From assembly GCA_963734495.1 (NCBI GenBank), contig CAVTHK010000010.1, forward strand, positions 160,001-224,000: DNA of 64,000 nt, read 5' to 3'. The translations under genes and the position numbers were made by a program. Origin of the DNA: an uncultured Spirochaetota bacterium (GTDB lineage: Bacteria > Spirochaetota > Spirochaetia > SZUA-6 > CAVTHK01). The notes beneath the pieces are model-generated. The model was not told the DNA's origin. It did no database searches and saw only the letters and a list, made by a program, of their open reading frames with translations. Positions 20,865-30,643 of the stretch are shown one piece after another; within the stretch, counting starts at the first letter, position 1, and every line of letters starts with the position of its first letter.

Positions 20865-21675
20865 TCAGCTTCTCCAACCAGGTCTTTGTGAAGGTCGCGT
20901 CCGGCAGACGCTGAAGCGAGGGCCGGGAGATGGTGTACGTGGTCCGCTCCTTTACGAAGGTGCCGTTGACCTCGGCCCCGCGCAACTCGTCGAGGATCAC
21001 GACAACCTGGGGGACGAAGCGAGCCCCGACCTGCTGATACTCGGGGAACGCCGTCGTCCGCACGTGCTGATTGGAGTAACTGTAGTCCTCCGTCTTCCGC
21101 ACGAGGCCGTCGTCACTGATCCATATCCTCATTTTCGGGAAAGTGATCTCGTCGGTGGTCGCCTTGAGGTCCAGGACCCAGCAGTCGTACTTCCCGAGGC
21201 GCTGGCGCTCGGAGCCGGCCACGGCATAGTCGCCCGCGAGATTCGAGCGGGTGAAATCGGAGTTCCGCGCGTTCAAGTTCTGGAAGCGTTCCTTCGCATT
21301 CGTAAACGTGAACCTCCGGGAGACCGGGTCATAGAACCAGAGATTGTCTCCCGACTTGAGATAACCCTTCCCCTTGTCTTCCTCCGGTTTCACCATGACG
21401 ATGAGATACTGGTTCTCCTTGTCTCTCCTGAATACCATTGCCTCCTTGGTGCTCGTCCCGTGGCCCGGGACCGCCTGCACGAAGGTGTAGAAGGCGGAGA
21501 AGTCGGAGTCGGGGAAAGTCACGAGGGCATCCGCCTTCTTCAGAATCTGGATAAAGTCGGGGGCACCGCCCGTTGCCTGCGCCCCCGCGAGGAAAGGCAC
21601 CAGCATCATGGCTGCCAAAGGCAGGAGCGTCCGCGCGGCGGCGGCCCAGGAGTGGCCTCTCACGGAGTTGCTCAT
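20857..21675 (-). CDS. Outer-membrane lipoprotein-sorting (LolA-like) protein
   Basis: Signal peptide; MVKPEEDKGKGYLKSGDNLWFYDP, NARNSDF, LDLKA, LPDATFTKTWLE, typical of the LolA-like family. Confidence 0.8.
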   Translation of the reverse strand: MSNSVRGHSWAAAARTLLPLAAMMLVPFLAGAQATGGAPDFIQILKKADALVTFPDSDFSAFYTFVQAVPGHGTSTKEAMVFRRDKENQYLIVMVKPEEDKGKGYLKSGDNLWFYDPVSRRFTFTNAKERFQNLNARNSDFTRSNLAGDYAVAGSERQRLGKYDCWVLDLKATTDEITFPKMRIWISDDGLVRKTEDYSYSNQHVRTTAFPEYQQVGARFVPQVVVILDELRGAEVNGTFVKERTTYTISRPSLQRLPDATFTKTWLEKLSE

Positions 21676-22937
21676 CAATCGGCTCGCAGGGCAACCACCG
21701 GCTCAATGGTCTGCGCCTCATGGGCCGGACCCAACGCGGCAACGATGGTGAGCAGGAGTATGAGCACGGCATCCGTTCCTATCATATCAGGATTCAGCAC
21801 CCAGGTCAGGTGCCCTCTGTCGAGAAATATGTCGAGCCCCGCCGATCCGGTCAACCGGATGTGAGAGACGCCAATCAGCACGATAACGCTGAGGGCAAGC
21901 CCGGCCGCGATGCTGCACAGCGCGAGAAAGAAAGCCTCGGAGAGAATAAGGACTCTCACCTGCGCCCTCTGCACACCCATCGCCCGCATCGTGCCGATCT
22001 CCTGCGTGCGCTCATAGATCATCACCCGGTACATGTTGAGAATCCCAACGGCGATGACGATGAACAGAAGCCCCAGGATACCATAGCTGATCAGGGTGAG
22101 CGCTTCGAGCATCGTCTTGATCTCAGGCATGAAACCCAGCATGGACGCGGCTGTGTAGCGGGCAGCCGGCAGCGGGAGGCCCGCGGCCGCGGGCGGGCGA
22201 GCGGCGAGGGCTTCGCGGACGCGGGCCGCCGCTTCCTCCGCCGAGCGGTAGTCGGAGAGGTAGAGCCCCACCGTCGCGCTGTAGCGCGGGTCCAGGCCGA
22301 GAGCTCCGTTCAGCACGCCCCGGCTCATGTAGACGGTGTAGTAGCCAAAGATGCTGGCCTCGCGGAAGATGGCCTTGACCCGCAGGGAGATCGTGTCGAT
22401 GGCCCCTCCCTCCCGGCTTACCTGAAGAACGATCTGATCGCCCACCCGGGCTCCCGTACGCTTCGCGGTCACCTCGGAGATGAGCGCGCCGAAGGGATCG
22501 CTCATATCGCCGGGGTTGCCCGCGACGAACTCCAGCCTGCCTATGGCCGCGCTCTCCGCCGACCAATCCATCCCGATGATCCGCCTGATCAGGACCGATT
22601 CACCGTTGGCGAACAGGATCCCGTCCCCTCCGTAGTGGGTGCGATGGGCGATGGCCTCCGGGCGCAGGCCCGAACGGGAGATCGCCTCCATGATGATGCC
22701 GTCTTCCTCGGCAGGGGCCGCATCCGCCGGGAGATCCTCGTCTCTGCTGATGATCACGTGCCCGCCATAGTAGCGGGCGCCCCGTATGGCGATCTGTTGC
22801 GACAGGCCGGCAACGAGGCTCTGAATGGTGCACACAAAGAAGAAGCCCGAGGCTGCCGCGATGCCCAGCAGCAGGAAGCGGCGGCCGTTCCTCGTAAAGT
22901 TGCGCAACGCGATCAGCAGAGCCGCCCGCGCTTTCAT
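21675..22937 (-). CDS. ABC transporter permease, FtsX/LolE-like
   Basis: IALRNFTRN.RR N-terminus; GILNMYRVMIYERTQEIGTMRAMG; IEPVVALR C-terminus. Confidence 0.88.
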   Translation of the reverse strand: MKARAALLIALRNFTRNGRRFLLLGIAAASGFFFVCTIQSLVAGLSQQIAIRGARYYGGHVIISRDEDLPADAAPAEEDGIIMEAISRSGLRPEAIAHRTHYGGDGILFANGESVLIRRIIGMDWSAESAAIGRLEFVAGNPGDMSDPFGALISEVTAKRTGARVGDQIVLQVSREGGAIDTISLRVKAIFREASIFGYYTVYMSRGVLNGALGLDPRYSATVGLYLSDYRSAEEAAARVREALAARPPAAAGLPLPAARYTAASMLGFMPEIKTMLEALTLISYGILGLLFIVIAVGILNMYRVMIYERTQEIGTMRAMGVQRAQVRVLILSEAFFLALCSIAAGLALSVIVLIGVSHIRLTGSAGLDIFLDRGHLTWVLNPDMIGTDAVLILLLTIVAALGPAHEAQTIEPVVALRAD

Positions 22938-24433
22938 GTCTTGTGAACTGCCCTGACCGGCTCGATCCGCAGTGCCAGCCGCACGGGGTACATCCAGGCA
23001 ATCGTCCCCAGGACGAGCGAAGCGAACAGCGACATCGCGATGTTCCCGACAGTGACGACGGGGTGCAGAGACGTCCCTCCGAAGAGAAGGATGAGGATCT
23101 GATTGCCCAGGCGGGGGGAGGCCCGGTCGAGGAGCGCCGCCGCGGCTGCGCCCGTCGCGATCCCGACGATCCCCGAAATCAGGGTGAGGGCACCGGTTTC
23201 GATGACGAACAGGCTGCGGATGAATCCCCGCCGGGCGCCGATGGCGCGCATCGTGCCGATTTCGCCGGTGCGCTCGAAGACGGACATCACGAGCGAGTTC
23301 ATCGTCAGGATGAGAACGATCCCTCCGACCATGAAGATCCCGACGTACATGACGACCTGCATGAGGAACACGTAGGTGGCCACGCCTCCGGCGGTGGCTC
23401 GCCAGTCGCGGACCTGGACCGCAAGACCGGCCGCTGCCATTTCCAGCCGGAGAGCGGCTGCGACGCGGCCCTTGTCAGCCCCCGGTTTCGTCCTGACGAG
23501 GATGAAGTGCCAGGCGCCGCCGTGGTCGAGCGACGACGCGGTCGAAGCTTCGCCGGCGCGCTGAGCCTCGGTCATGAGCTTCTTGAGCTCCTCCACGCTC
23601 ACCGGCTTTGAGGGCTGGTCTCCCCGATCCGCGGGAGCCGCGACGGGCCGGCCGGAAAAGAGGGAATCCACATCGACGGCGGCGGCGGCCTCGCCCGAGG
23701 CAGCAGCCAACGTGACTGCCGCCGCGGGGGCCGCGTCGCTCTGGGAATAGCCGCAGAGGGCGCGTACGATGCGACCGTCCGCAATCACGACGCGCCTGAG
23801 CGCATCGTTGCCCGGCTGGTATCGGATGATCCCCGCCAGGGTCGCTTCCCTGATCGTGAAGCTCTGACTGCGGAACAGGGAGAGCTGCACCTTGTCGCCG
23901 GGCGCCAGGGGATGACCGAGCGCTACTGCGACCTCCCCCGCCCACTCCTCGGTGAGGACCGCCCACCCGGAACTGCCCGGAGGCGGCGGAGCGCCGACCG
24001 TGAACGCGAGATCGCGGAACATGGAGAAGTACTCGTCGCCGATCACGCCGAGGGCCAGTCCGCGGTTGTGGCGGCCGGCTTCCTCCAGCACGACCGGGGA
24101 AGAAAGGACGTACGCCGTGGCCGCCACGCCGGGAGTGCCGGCGGCTCGTTCGCCGACCTCGGCGGCATTCAGGATCAGCGGCTCTGCGTCGTACTCCCCG
24201 ATCACAGGAACATCGGGCCCAAAGAGACTGAAGGACCGATCGCTGGATGCGCTGAGCGACAGGTCCGCGGTGAAACTCTCGGAAAAAGTCTGCTGGATTC
24301 CGCCGACCGAACCTTCCAGCACGGCGTTGCCCAGGAAGAACGCGGCAATCCCCGTCGCGATGAGCACCGCGACGACAAGATTCTTGCGCCAGTGGCGGCC
24401 GAGATTCCGCCAGGCGATGCGCAAGAGGATCAT
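22934..24433 (-). CDS. ABC transporter permease, FtsX/LolE-like
   Basis: MILLRIAWRNLGRH; NSLVMSVFERTGEIGTMRAIGA; IEPVRAV. -10 TACACT lies 6 nt before the ATG. Confidence 0.88.
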   Translation of the reverse strand: MILLRIAWRNLGRHWRKNLVVAVLIATGIAAFFLGNAVLEGSVGGIQQTFSESFTADLSLSASSDRSFSLFGPDVPVIGEYDAEPLILNAAEVGERAAGTPGVAATAYVLSSPVVLEEAGRHNRGLALGVIGDEYFSMFRDLAFTVGAPPPPGSSGWAVLTEEWAGEVAVALGHPLAPGDKVQLSLFRSQSFTIREATLAGIIRYQPGNDALRRVVIADGRIVRALCGYSQSDAAPAAAVTLAAASGEAAAAVDVDSLFSGRPVAAPADRGDQPSKPVSVEELKKLMTEAQRAGEASTASSLDHGGAWHFILVRTKPGADKGRVAAALRLEMAAAGLAVQVRDWRATAGGVATYVFLMQVVMYVGIFMVGGIVLILTMNSLVMSVFERTGEIGTMRAIGARRGFIRSLFVIETGALTLISGIVGIATGAAAAALLDRASPRLGNQILILLFGGTSLHPVVTVGNIAMSLFASLVLGTIAWMYPVRLALRIEPVRAVHKT

Positions 24434-24783
24434 TGCGGCAGTGTAGCCCGGCGACAACCTTCTCTACAACGGGGCGCCGGCACGCGGACCGCATCTCGGC
24501 CTGCTCCGGCTCTCTTGGCGCGCAAGGCGCGCAACGGCACCCTCCCTTTCCCACGCCCTCCGTGCCTTGAGGGCGACATCGCACCACGACAACTTAATAT
24601 GCGGGCCATGGAATCGGGAAGGCCCTCAAGCCGCCGCCTGCGCCGTGCGCCGTTTCCGTTTTCATGTTGACGATTGTCCTGTCCGCTTCCTATTTTGATG
24701 GAAATGAGCAGGTACGAAAGTATCGAGCCGGTGTCATGCGCTCCCTTCGCAGGTCTGACTGAAGGTCTCCAAAGAGGCATCCG

Positions 24784-26121
24784 ATGAGCTCAACAATCCA
24801 GGCGGGTTCGATTGCTCGCTCGCGCGACGTTCTGAGTTGGGCCTTGTCGGCAACGATCGTCTTCGGAGTCGGGTTCTACCTGTACGCCAGCCTGCACAGT
24901 CAGATCTTTCGCTACGAGATCGACACGGCCGAGTCCCACCCCTGGGTCCGACTTCTGACGTATCCGAGCGTTCTCTGGAGCGTAATGGCCACCGTCCTGC
25001 TCACTTTCCGGACGGCCCTCTGGGTGCGCTACCGTCCCTTCCCATCGCTGCCGCTGGACGAGGCGCCTTCGCTTACCGTGATCATTCCGGCCTACAACGA
25101 AGGCCCCATGGTCCTGAAGTCGATCGAGTCGGTCATTTCGGCCCGCTATCCGAGGGACAAGCTCGAGGTCTTCGTCGTAGACGACGGCAGCAAAGACGAT
25201 ACGTGGCTGCACATTCAGACGGCCGCGTCACGGTACACTGACGCCGTCACAGCGCTCCGATTCGACCAGAATCGGGGAAAGCGGGCCGCCCTCGGCGTCG
25301 GATTCCAGAGGGCGCGCGGCGACTTTGTCGTGACGCTGGACTCCGACAGCGTGATCGACCGCGACGCGCTCCTCGCTATCGTCGCGCCGTTCCGCAACCC
25401 GCGCGTCGGCGCTGTGGCCGGCAAGGTGACGGTCTATAACCGGCGGGAAGGGCTGATACCGCGCATGCTGCACGTGAGGTACCTGCTGGCATTCGATCTG
25501 CTGCGCGCCGTCGAATCCTCCTACGGCACCGTGTATTGCTGCCCGGGGGCGCTTACCGCCTACCGGACGAGCGCCGTGCGGAAGGTGCTGCCGCGGTGGC
25601 TCACGCAGACCTTCCTCGGCGTCGCCTGCACGTACGGCGAGGACCGTGCCCTCACCAACGATTTGCTGGCGGAAGGATTCGACAGCGTCTACCAGGGCAC
25701 CGCCGAAGTGAAAACCGTGGTCCCCACGACGTATCGCAAGCTCGCCAAGATGTTCCTGCGCTGGAATCGGAGCTACGTGCGCGAAGAGATGCGATTCATG
25801 AAGATCGTCTGGACGCGGCGGCCGGTCGCGCGCGTGATCGCCATCTTCGACCGACTCATCACGAATCTCCGCTACCCCGTGAGCTACTTGAGCCTCGCTC
25901 TGCTGGCGACCCTCGCGGTGGCGACGCCTTTCGTGCTGCTCCGCTTCCTGGCGGTTGTCGGCCTGATGTCCCTGCTCAACATGCTCTACTACCTGCGGAG
26001 CGAGCTCTCGGCCGACTTCTTCTACGGGATCCTGTTCTCCTATTTCTCACTCTTCGCCCTGTCCTGGATCTTCCCCTACGCGTTCTTCACAGTGAAGGCG
26101 CGTTCCTGGCTGACGCGCTGA
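24784..26121 (+). CDS. Processive GT2 glycosyltransferase, hyaluronan synthase/NodC-like
   Basis: IIPAYNE, VDDGSKD, NRGKR, LDSDS, CCPGALTAYR, YGEDRALTN, MFLRWNRS; N- and C-terminal TM helices; ends WLTR. Confidence 0.85.
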   Translation: MSSTIQAGSIARSRDVLSWALSATIVFGVGFYLYASLHSQIFRYEIDTAESHPWVRLLTYPSVLWSVMATVLLTFRTALWVRYRPFPSLPLDEAPSLTVIIPAYNEGPMVLKSIESVISARYPRDKLEVFVVDDGSKDDTWLHIQTAASRYTDAVTALRFDQNRGKRAALGVGFQRARGDFVVTLDSDSVIDRDALLAIVAPFRNPRVGAVAGKVTVYNRREGLIPRMLHVRYLLAFDLLRAVESSYGTVYCCPGALTAYRTSAVRKVLPRWLTQTFLGVACTYGEDRALTNDLLAEGFDSVYQGTAEVKTVVPTTYRKLAKMFLRWNRSYVREEMRFMKIVWTRRPVARVIAIFDRLITNLRYPVSYLSLALLATLAVATPFVLLRFLAVVGLMSLLNMLYYLRSELSADFFYGILFSYFSLFALSWIFPYAFFTVKARSWLTR

Positions 26122-26131
26122 GAGCGGCCGA

Positions 26132-26974
26132 TCAGCGTGCGGGAGCGCGCGGAGTGCCGTCCGGATGGGGCGGCAGCGGGACGCGCTCGCCGAAGATCCG
26201 CCACGCAAGCCTGTCGGCCTCACGCTGTATCTCGACCCCGGCGCGGGAGGCGAAGAAGGCGATCCCGGGCATCTCCGGAGCGTTCCGCCGTACCCACTCC
26301 ATCTGCGAGCGCAGATCCTCGGGGGTGTTGGCCCACGGGTCCGCCGATCCGTCGGGCCCCCGGTCTTCGTTGTTGATGCCGAGGGCGAACACCGTCTTGC
26401 CGACGATGCGTCCTTCGCGCGCCAGGTCCAGATTCTCCGCGAATCGACGGAACGGGTGCTTCTTCGTCGAGCAGTAGCTTTCCAGCATGACCAGGTCGGC
26501 GTGTTCCCTGTAGCACCGGACCATCTCAGGGGTCAGGCGGCCTGCATGCCACACTGCAATATAGAGCTTGGGGTCCCTGCGCTTGGCCAGGGCCAGCGCC
26601 TTGCTCATCTTCTCGTCGGTCCGGGCGTCCGTATGCCCGAACTCGTCGATCGCTATTCCCTGGAAACCGAGGGCCCGGGCGCCGCACCAGTAATCGGCAA
26701 GCTCTTCGGCGGTCTTGTCCTCGGCGATGGCCCTCCCGTCGCGGTACTTCAGCAGCATGATCCCCTTTGAAAGGGACCGACCGCGCGCATGCGTTTCCTT
26801 CGACGCCGAACCGGCGGCAAACGCCGTGACGTGCGTGATGTGCGGCAAGGCCTCGGGATAGGCCGTCCAGAAGAGGATGATCGGCGGTGGGGCCTGGGCC
26901 GCCGCCGCCGTGCGGCCGAGGGCAAGGATAGCGGCGGCGAGTGCGGCGACGAGGAATCTCCCGCGCGCGGGCAT
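26132..26974 (-). CDS. Secreted hypothetical protein, possible TIM-barrel glycoside-hydrolase-like
   Basis: Internal ATG 26974 starts a signal peptide (MPARGRFLVAALAAAILALG..AAAQ); beta/alpha repeats GIAIDEFG, LYIAVWH, ADLVMLESY, PGIAFF. Confidence 0.55.
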   Translation of the reverse strand: MPARGRFLVAALAAAILALGRTAAAAQAPPPIILFWTAYPEALPHITHVTAFAAGSASKETHARGRSLSKGIMLLKYRDGRAIAEDKTAEELADYWCGARALGFQGIAIDEFGHTDARTDEKMSKALALAKRRDPKLYIAVWHAGRLTPEMVRCYREHADLVMLESYCSTKKHPFRRFAENLDLAREGRIVGKTVFALGINNEDRGPDGSADPWANTPEDLRSQMEWVRRNAPEMPGIAFFASRAGVEIQREADRLAWRIFGERVPLPPHPDGTPRAPAR

Positions 26975-27139
26975 GCGAAGAAGCCCGCGGGCCCTGCCGG
27001 CGAGTGGTCGCCGTCCGAAATTGCCGTCACCAATCAGCGCTGTGGTACACAAGGGACAGGTTCTCAATGACGCCAACGCGACCGCGATGTCAACTCCCCC
27101 TCTGCGTTGGCTGCGTTGGCGATCAACGCCGGATTCGAG

Positions 27140-27526
27140 ATCCTGGTGCTCGTACTCCGGGTGGATGGCGCTCTTGCGCCAGAGCTCAAGCGACGCCGCC
27201 TCTATGATCGCCAGTTGCTTCCGCCGCCAGCCGGCGTATTCCTCGACGAGGCGGTCCACGCTTCGCACCGGGACTCCCGCGGGAACCTCCTCGTGGTGCT
27301 CGTCCGGGTTGAACGGCACGATCTGCGGCCGCTCCTCGTCCCGCACGAGCTCGAGTCTCTGGTGGATGACCTCTTGAGTGAGGACCATGTGTTCCAGGTG
27401 CTCGTAGATGGTCCAGAACCCTTCCCCGTGGCGGGCGTGCAGCTTCGCCTCCGGGATGCTCTGCAGGAACTCCTTGACGATGACCGGGTATTGCCTGAGC
27501 GCCTCGATGAGGGGAGCCGTGGACAT
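27140..27526 (-). pseudogene. DinB/YfiT-family metalloprotein gene, truncated at the 3' end
   Basis: MSTAPLIEALRQYP...WTIYEHLEHM...AIHPEY, then abruptly non-family sequence. The final helix carrying the H-x3-H ligands is absent. Confidence 0.6.
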
Positions 27527-27655
27527 AGGCTGCACTTGCTTCCTCCTGCGCTCAAGGGTAGCGCCGCGGGCACGGCATCGTACAGGATATGCAGTTGACG
27601 CCGCCCCCGCCCGAAACGCCGGGACGCGCGCCGTGCGGGTCGCGGGCGGGCCTGC

Positions 27656-28585
27656 TCAGCCCCTGAAGTAGTGCGGTGCCGCCGGGTCGATGATGACCCG
27701 CAGGGACGCGGGCAGCAGGTCGACCTCGAAGCGGCGCGCGAAGATCACCTCGCCGTCGAGGTGAGCCGGGACCTCCCGGCCGTAATCGAAGATCGCCTTG
27801 TCTGTCTGGTTGTACTGGATGCAGGCCAGCCCCAGGTGCGCCTGACGCTTGATCGCCGAGAACAGCCCGAAACGGGCCGGCACCGCCATCGGGTCCGTCA
27901 TGCAGATGTCGAGGAGCCCGTCGTTCGCCACCGCCCTCGGCGTGACGTGCAGGCCGCCCGCCAGTCTCCTCCCGTTGGCGATGGTGTTGAGAAAGCTCTT
28001 CTTCTCCACCGTCTGCCCGCCCATCGTGAGGCGCATCGGCTTCTCGCGGTAGAGGAGGATGTTCTTGACGATGTGCCACATGTACTTGGACTTGCTCCCC
28101 TTGCGCACCTCCCCGCCGTCTTCCATGTGGTAGTTTTCGTAGGCGATCTGCGCGTCGACGCCGAGCCCCATGCCGTTGAGGAAATAGCGGCCGTTGCACC
28201 GTCCCACGTCCATGGAGACGGCGTTGGCGGCGAACAGGGTCGCCCACTCCGCGTCGGTGAAACGGTCGGGGAACCCGAGCATGTGGACGAAGTCGTTGCC
28301 CGTGCCGGCCGATACGACGCCGAAGCTCACCTCGGGATGCCCCACGAGAGGCTGGGCCGTCTCGCTCATCGTGCCGTCCCCACCGACGCCGACGACAAAG
28401 GCGAACCCCCTTTCGACAAAGGACGCCGCGAGCTCGGTGGCGTGGCCCTTGGCGCGGGTCAGTGCGACCTCCCCGCTCACCCCGTGGCGCCGCATCATCT
28501 CGCGCGCGGTGGCCTCGCAGGTCGCCGCGAAGCCGTTCCCGGCGATCGGGTTGACCACGAACCCCCAGCCCTCACGGTTCCGCAT
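27656..28585 (-). CDS. Diacylglycerol-kinase-family lipid kinase (YegS/DgkB-like)
   Basis: VVNPIAG, VGGDGT, AGTGNDF, MDVG, GLGVDA, NGRRLAGG, DGLLD, HLDGE. Confidence 0.9.
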   Translation of the reverse strand: MRNREGWGFVVNPIAGNGFAATCEATAREMMRRHGVSGEVALTRAKGHATELAASFVERGFAFVVGVGGDGTMSETAQPLVGHPEVSFGVVSAGTGNDFVHMLGFPDRFTDAEWATLFAANAVSMDVGRCNGRYFLNGMGLGVDAQIAYENYHMEDGGEVRKGSKSKYMWHIVKNILLYREKPMRLTMGGQTVEKKSFLNTIANGRRLAGGLHVTPRAVANDGLLDICMTDPMAVPARFGLFSAIKRQAHLGLACIQYNQTDKAIFDYGREVPAHLDGEVIFARRFEVDLLPASLRVIIDPAAPHYFRG

Positions 28586-29355
28586 GTCCCGGTCCCTCCG
28601 CGCGCTCCATCGCCACGCGCACTCTCTGCAGTATCTGTTCGTCCGAGAGGACGACGAGATCGGCGTGGCGAAGCGGCGGATGCGCTTCGACCCTGATCGG
28701 CTCGCGAGGATCGACGGTAAAGCGGCCCTTGGGCTTGAGTGCGTAGGTCCCGCTGACCGTCACGGGCAGGAGATCGCGGCCGCTCGCGCGGAGAACCCTG
28801 ACAAAGCCGCGCTTGAGAGCCTGCAGCCGGCCCGTCCTGGTCCTCGTTCCCTCGGGGAAGATGCCCACCGTGACTCCGTCGGTGGCCGCGCGGACCGCCT
28901 CGTCCATGGCACGCAGCGCCCCGTGCGCGCCGGCCGTGTCGATGGGGACGAACCGCAGGCTCCTCAGCAGGTAGCCGAGGACGGGGATGCGCCAGAGGTA
29001 CTCGCGGCCGACGATGGCGATGCCGGGGATCGCGGCCATCAGAGCGGGGATGTCGAAGAGGCTCGCGTGGTTGGCCAGCACGATGCACGGGCGCGCGGCC
29101 GCGATCGTCTCCCTGCCGCGCACGACGAGGTTGCGGCCCGGTGATCCAGAACGTGAATCGCCCCCACAGCACGGTCTCGGCGCGCGCGAGCGCGCGCAGC
29201 CCGAGGAGCGCCGCGAGCGCAGCGGTGGCTATGAACACGGCGCTACAGGGATAACCGAGGAGGTACAGGGAGAGCGTGGCGAGCGTGATCCTGATGTAAG
29301 CGGCGGCGTCTGCGATGAGGCGTCCGGGCTCCTCCAGCGACCGCCGTGGTTTCAT
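28572..29355 (-). CDS. plsC: 1-acyl-sn-glycerol-3-phosphate acyltransferase; frameshift near 29135
   Basis: NHASLFD (HX4D), FPEGTRT, KRG motifs; the N-terminal TM segment is in another frame starting at ATG 29355. Confidence 0.82.
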
Positions 29356-29504
29356 GAGCCCACTTTATACATCATTTCGGCGCAGCGCGCCATCCGCATT
29401 CCTCGCCGCAGGCAGGCTGCCGCGGAAGCTGCCATTCGGCCGACGGACGCCCCGGCCGCTCCGTCGAAGCGACGCGGGGCGACGCGGACCGGGCTTTGAC
29501 GCCT

Positions 29505-29533
29505 TTGACGGGCGGCGACCTGGGTGCTACAGT
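29505..29533 (+). promoter_or_regulatory. Sigma70-type promoter of response regulator 1
   Basis: TTGACG (29505-29510), 17 nt spacer, TACAGT (29528-29533) with an upstream TG. Confidence 0.6.
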
Positions 29534-29596
29534 CCGCACCGGACAGACGCGCTCGACGCGCCCGCATCCTCCCGCCGACAAGGAGCCGCGCGAATC

Positions 29597-29974
29597 ATGC
29601 CGAACGTAGTCGTGGTGGACGATGACCTGCTCGTGCTCGACGTCATGGTTCACCTGGTCGAAAACCTCGGCCACAAGGTCTGGAGGGCGGGCAATGCGAC
29701 CGAAGCCATCGCCCTGATGAACGGGCCGGGGCACTTCGACCTCGTGATCCTGGACGTCGTGCTGCCCGGGATGTCCGGCATCGAGCTCGCCAAGCGCATC
29801 CAGGCCGGGTTCCCTTCGATTCCGATGATCGCGATGTCCGGCTACATAGGAGACGGCTCGAGCAGCGTGGTCGGTGCTCTCCGCGCCGCGGGCATCAAGG
29901 AGATCCTCCGCAAGCCCGTCGATCGGCAAGCTCTCCAGACTGCTCTCGACAAAGTGCTCGCGCCGCGTCGATAG
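29597..29974 (+). CDS. Single-domain response regulator (CheY-like receiver)
   Basis: AGGAG SD; VVVDDD, DLVILDVVLPGMSG, MSG, LRKPV. Confidence 0.88.
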   Translation: MPNVVVVDDDLLVLDVMVHLVENLGHKVWRAGNATEAIALMNGPGHFDLVILDVVLPGMSGIELAKRIQAGFPSIPMIAMSGYIGDGSSSVVGALRAAGIKEILRKPVDRQALQTALDKVLAPRR

Positions 29975-29997
29975 CCTGCCCGCGTCGATAGGCTGCC
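29964..29997. repeat. 17-bp tandem duplication between the convergent response regulators
   Basis: CGCGTCGATAGCCTGCC followed directly by CGCGTCGATAGGCTGCC (1 mismatch). Confidence 0.7.
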
Positions 29998-30006
29998 GAC
30001 CGCGCG

Positions 30007-30384
30007 TCAGCGGCCCGGGGCGGGACGTCCTCGCTCCAGGGCCGCCTTGAGGCGCGCGCGGTCAACCGGCTTCGCGAGCACGCCCCGGATGCCCAGCCTC
30101 TCGAGGACCAGGAGCGTCCAGACCGATTCGGTCGACGTGTGCGCGGATATGGCGACCACGGGAAGCGACGGCCACCGCGCCCGCATCCGCGTCGCGAGCT
30201 CGATCCCCGAGGTGCGCGGCAGGACGAGGTCGATGATCGCCAGGTCGAACCCGCGGGAATCCAGGAGCGCGAGGGCCTGGTCGGCGTCCCCGGCCCTCCA
30301 CGCGCGATGCCCCAGCCCCTTCAGGATCCGCTCGATAACGTGGAGAGCCACGGGATCGTCATCGACCAGGAGTATGTTCGCCAC
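30007..30384 (-). CDS. Single-domain response regulator (CheY-like receiver)
   Basis: LLVDDD, DLAIIDLVLPRTSG, ISA, LAKPV. Confidence 0.88.
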   Translation of the reverse strand: MANILLVDDDPVALHVIERILKGLGHRAWRAGDADQALALLDSRGFDLAIIDLVLPRTSGIELATRMRARWPSLPVVAISAHTSTESVWTLLVLERLGIRGVLAKPVDRARLKAALERGRPAPGR

Positions 30385-30643
30385 CGATCGACCCCCGAAC
30401 CCTCAGGCGCGGCCGCTCCTCTGCGTGTATTGTAGTCGCAGCTCCCCGCCGCATTCAATGTTGCGGTGCGGCTGCGGCGGTGTTACTCTGCGGGACAGAA
30501 GGACGTCGTGCGGGGCGTCGCACCGGGGATTCCTGCGCGGGGAATGGGGCGGGTCGCCTCCGAGGCGTTGATAGGCGCGTTGTCTCCGGCAGAAGCCTGT
30601 TTCGCGACGGCCGCGAGCGCTTCGTCGGCGCAAGGGGCGAAGC

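Noticed and set aside
27128-27146. GGATTCGAGATCCT as an attR copy of the tRNA-Leu T-arm
   Set aside because: Needs two gaps and a mismatch over 14 nt; not distinguishable from chance.
26132-27535. 467-aa DinB-secreted protein fusion
   Set aside because: The DinB part is truncated, the linker contains a TTGACA and looks non-coding, and the second part has its own signal peptide; chance read-through.
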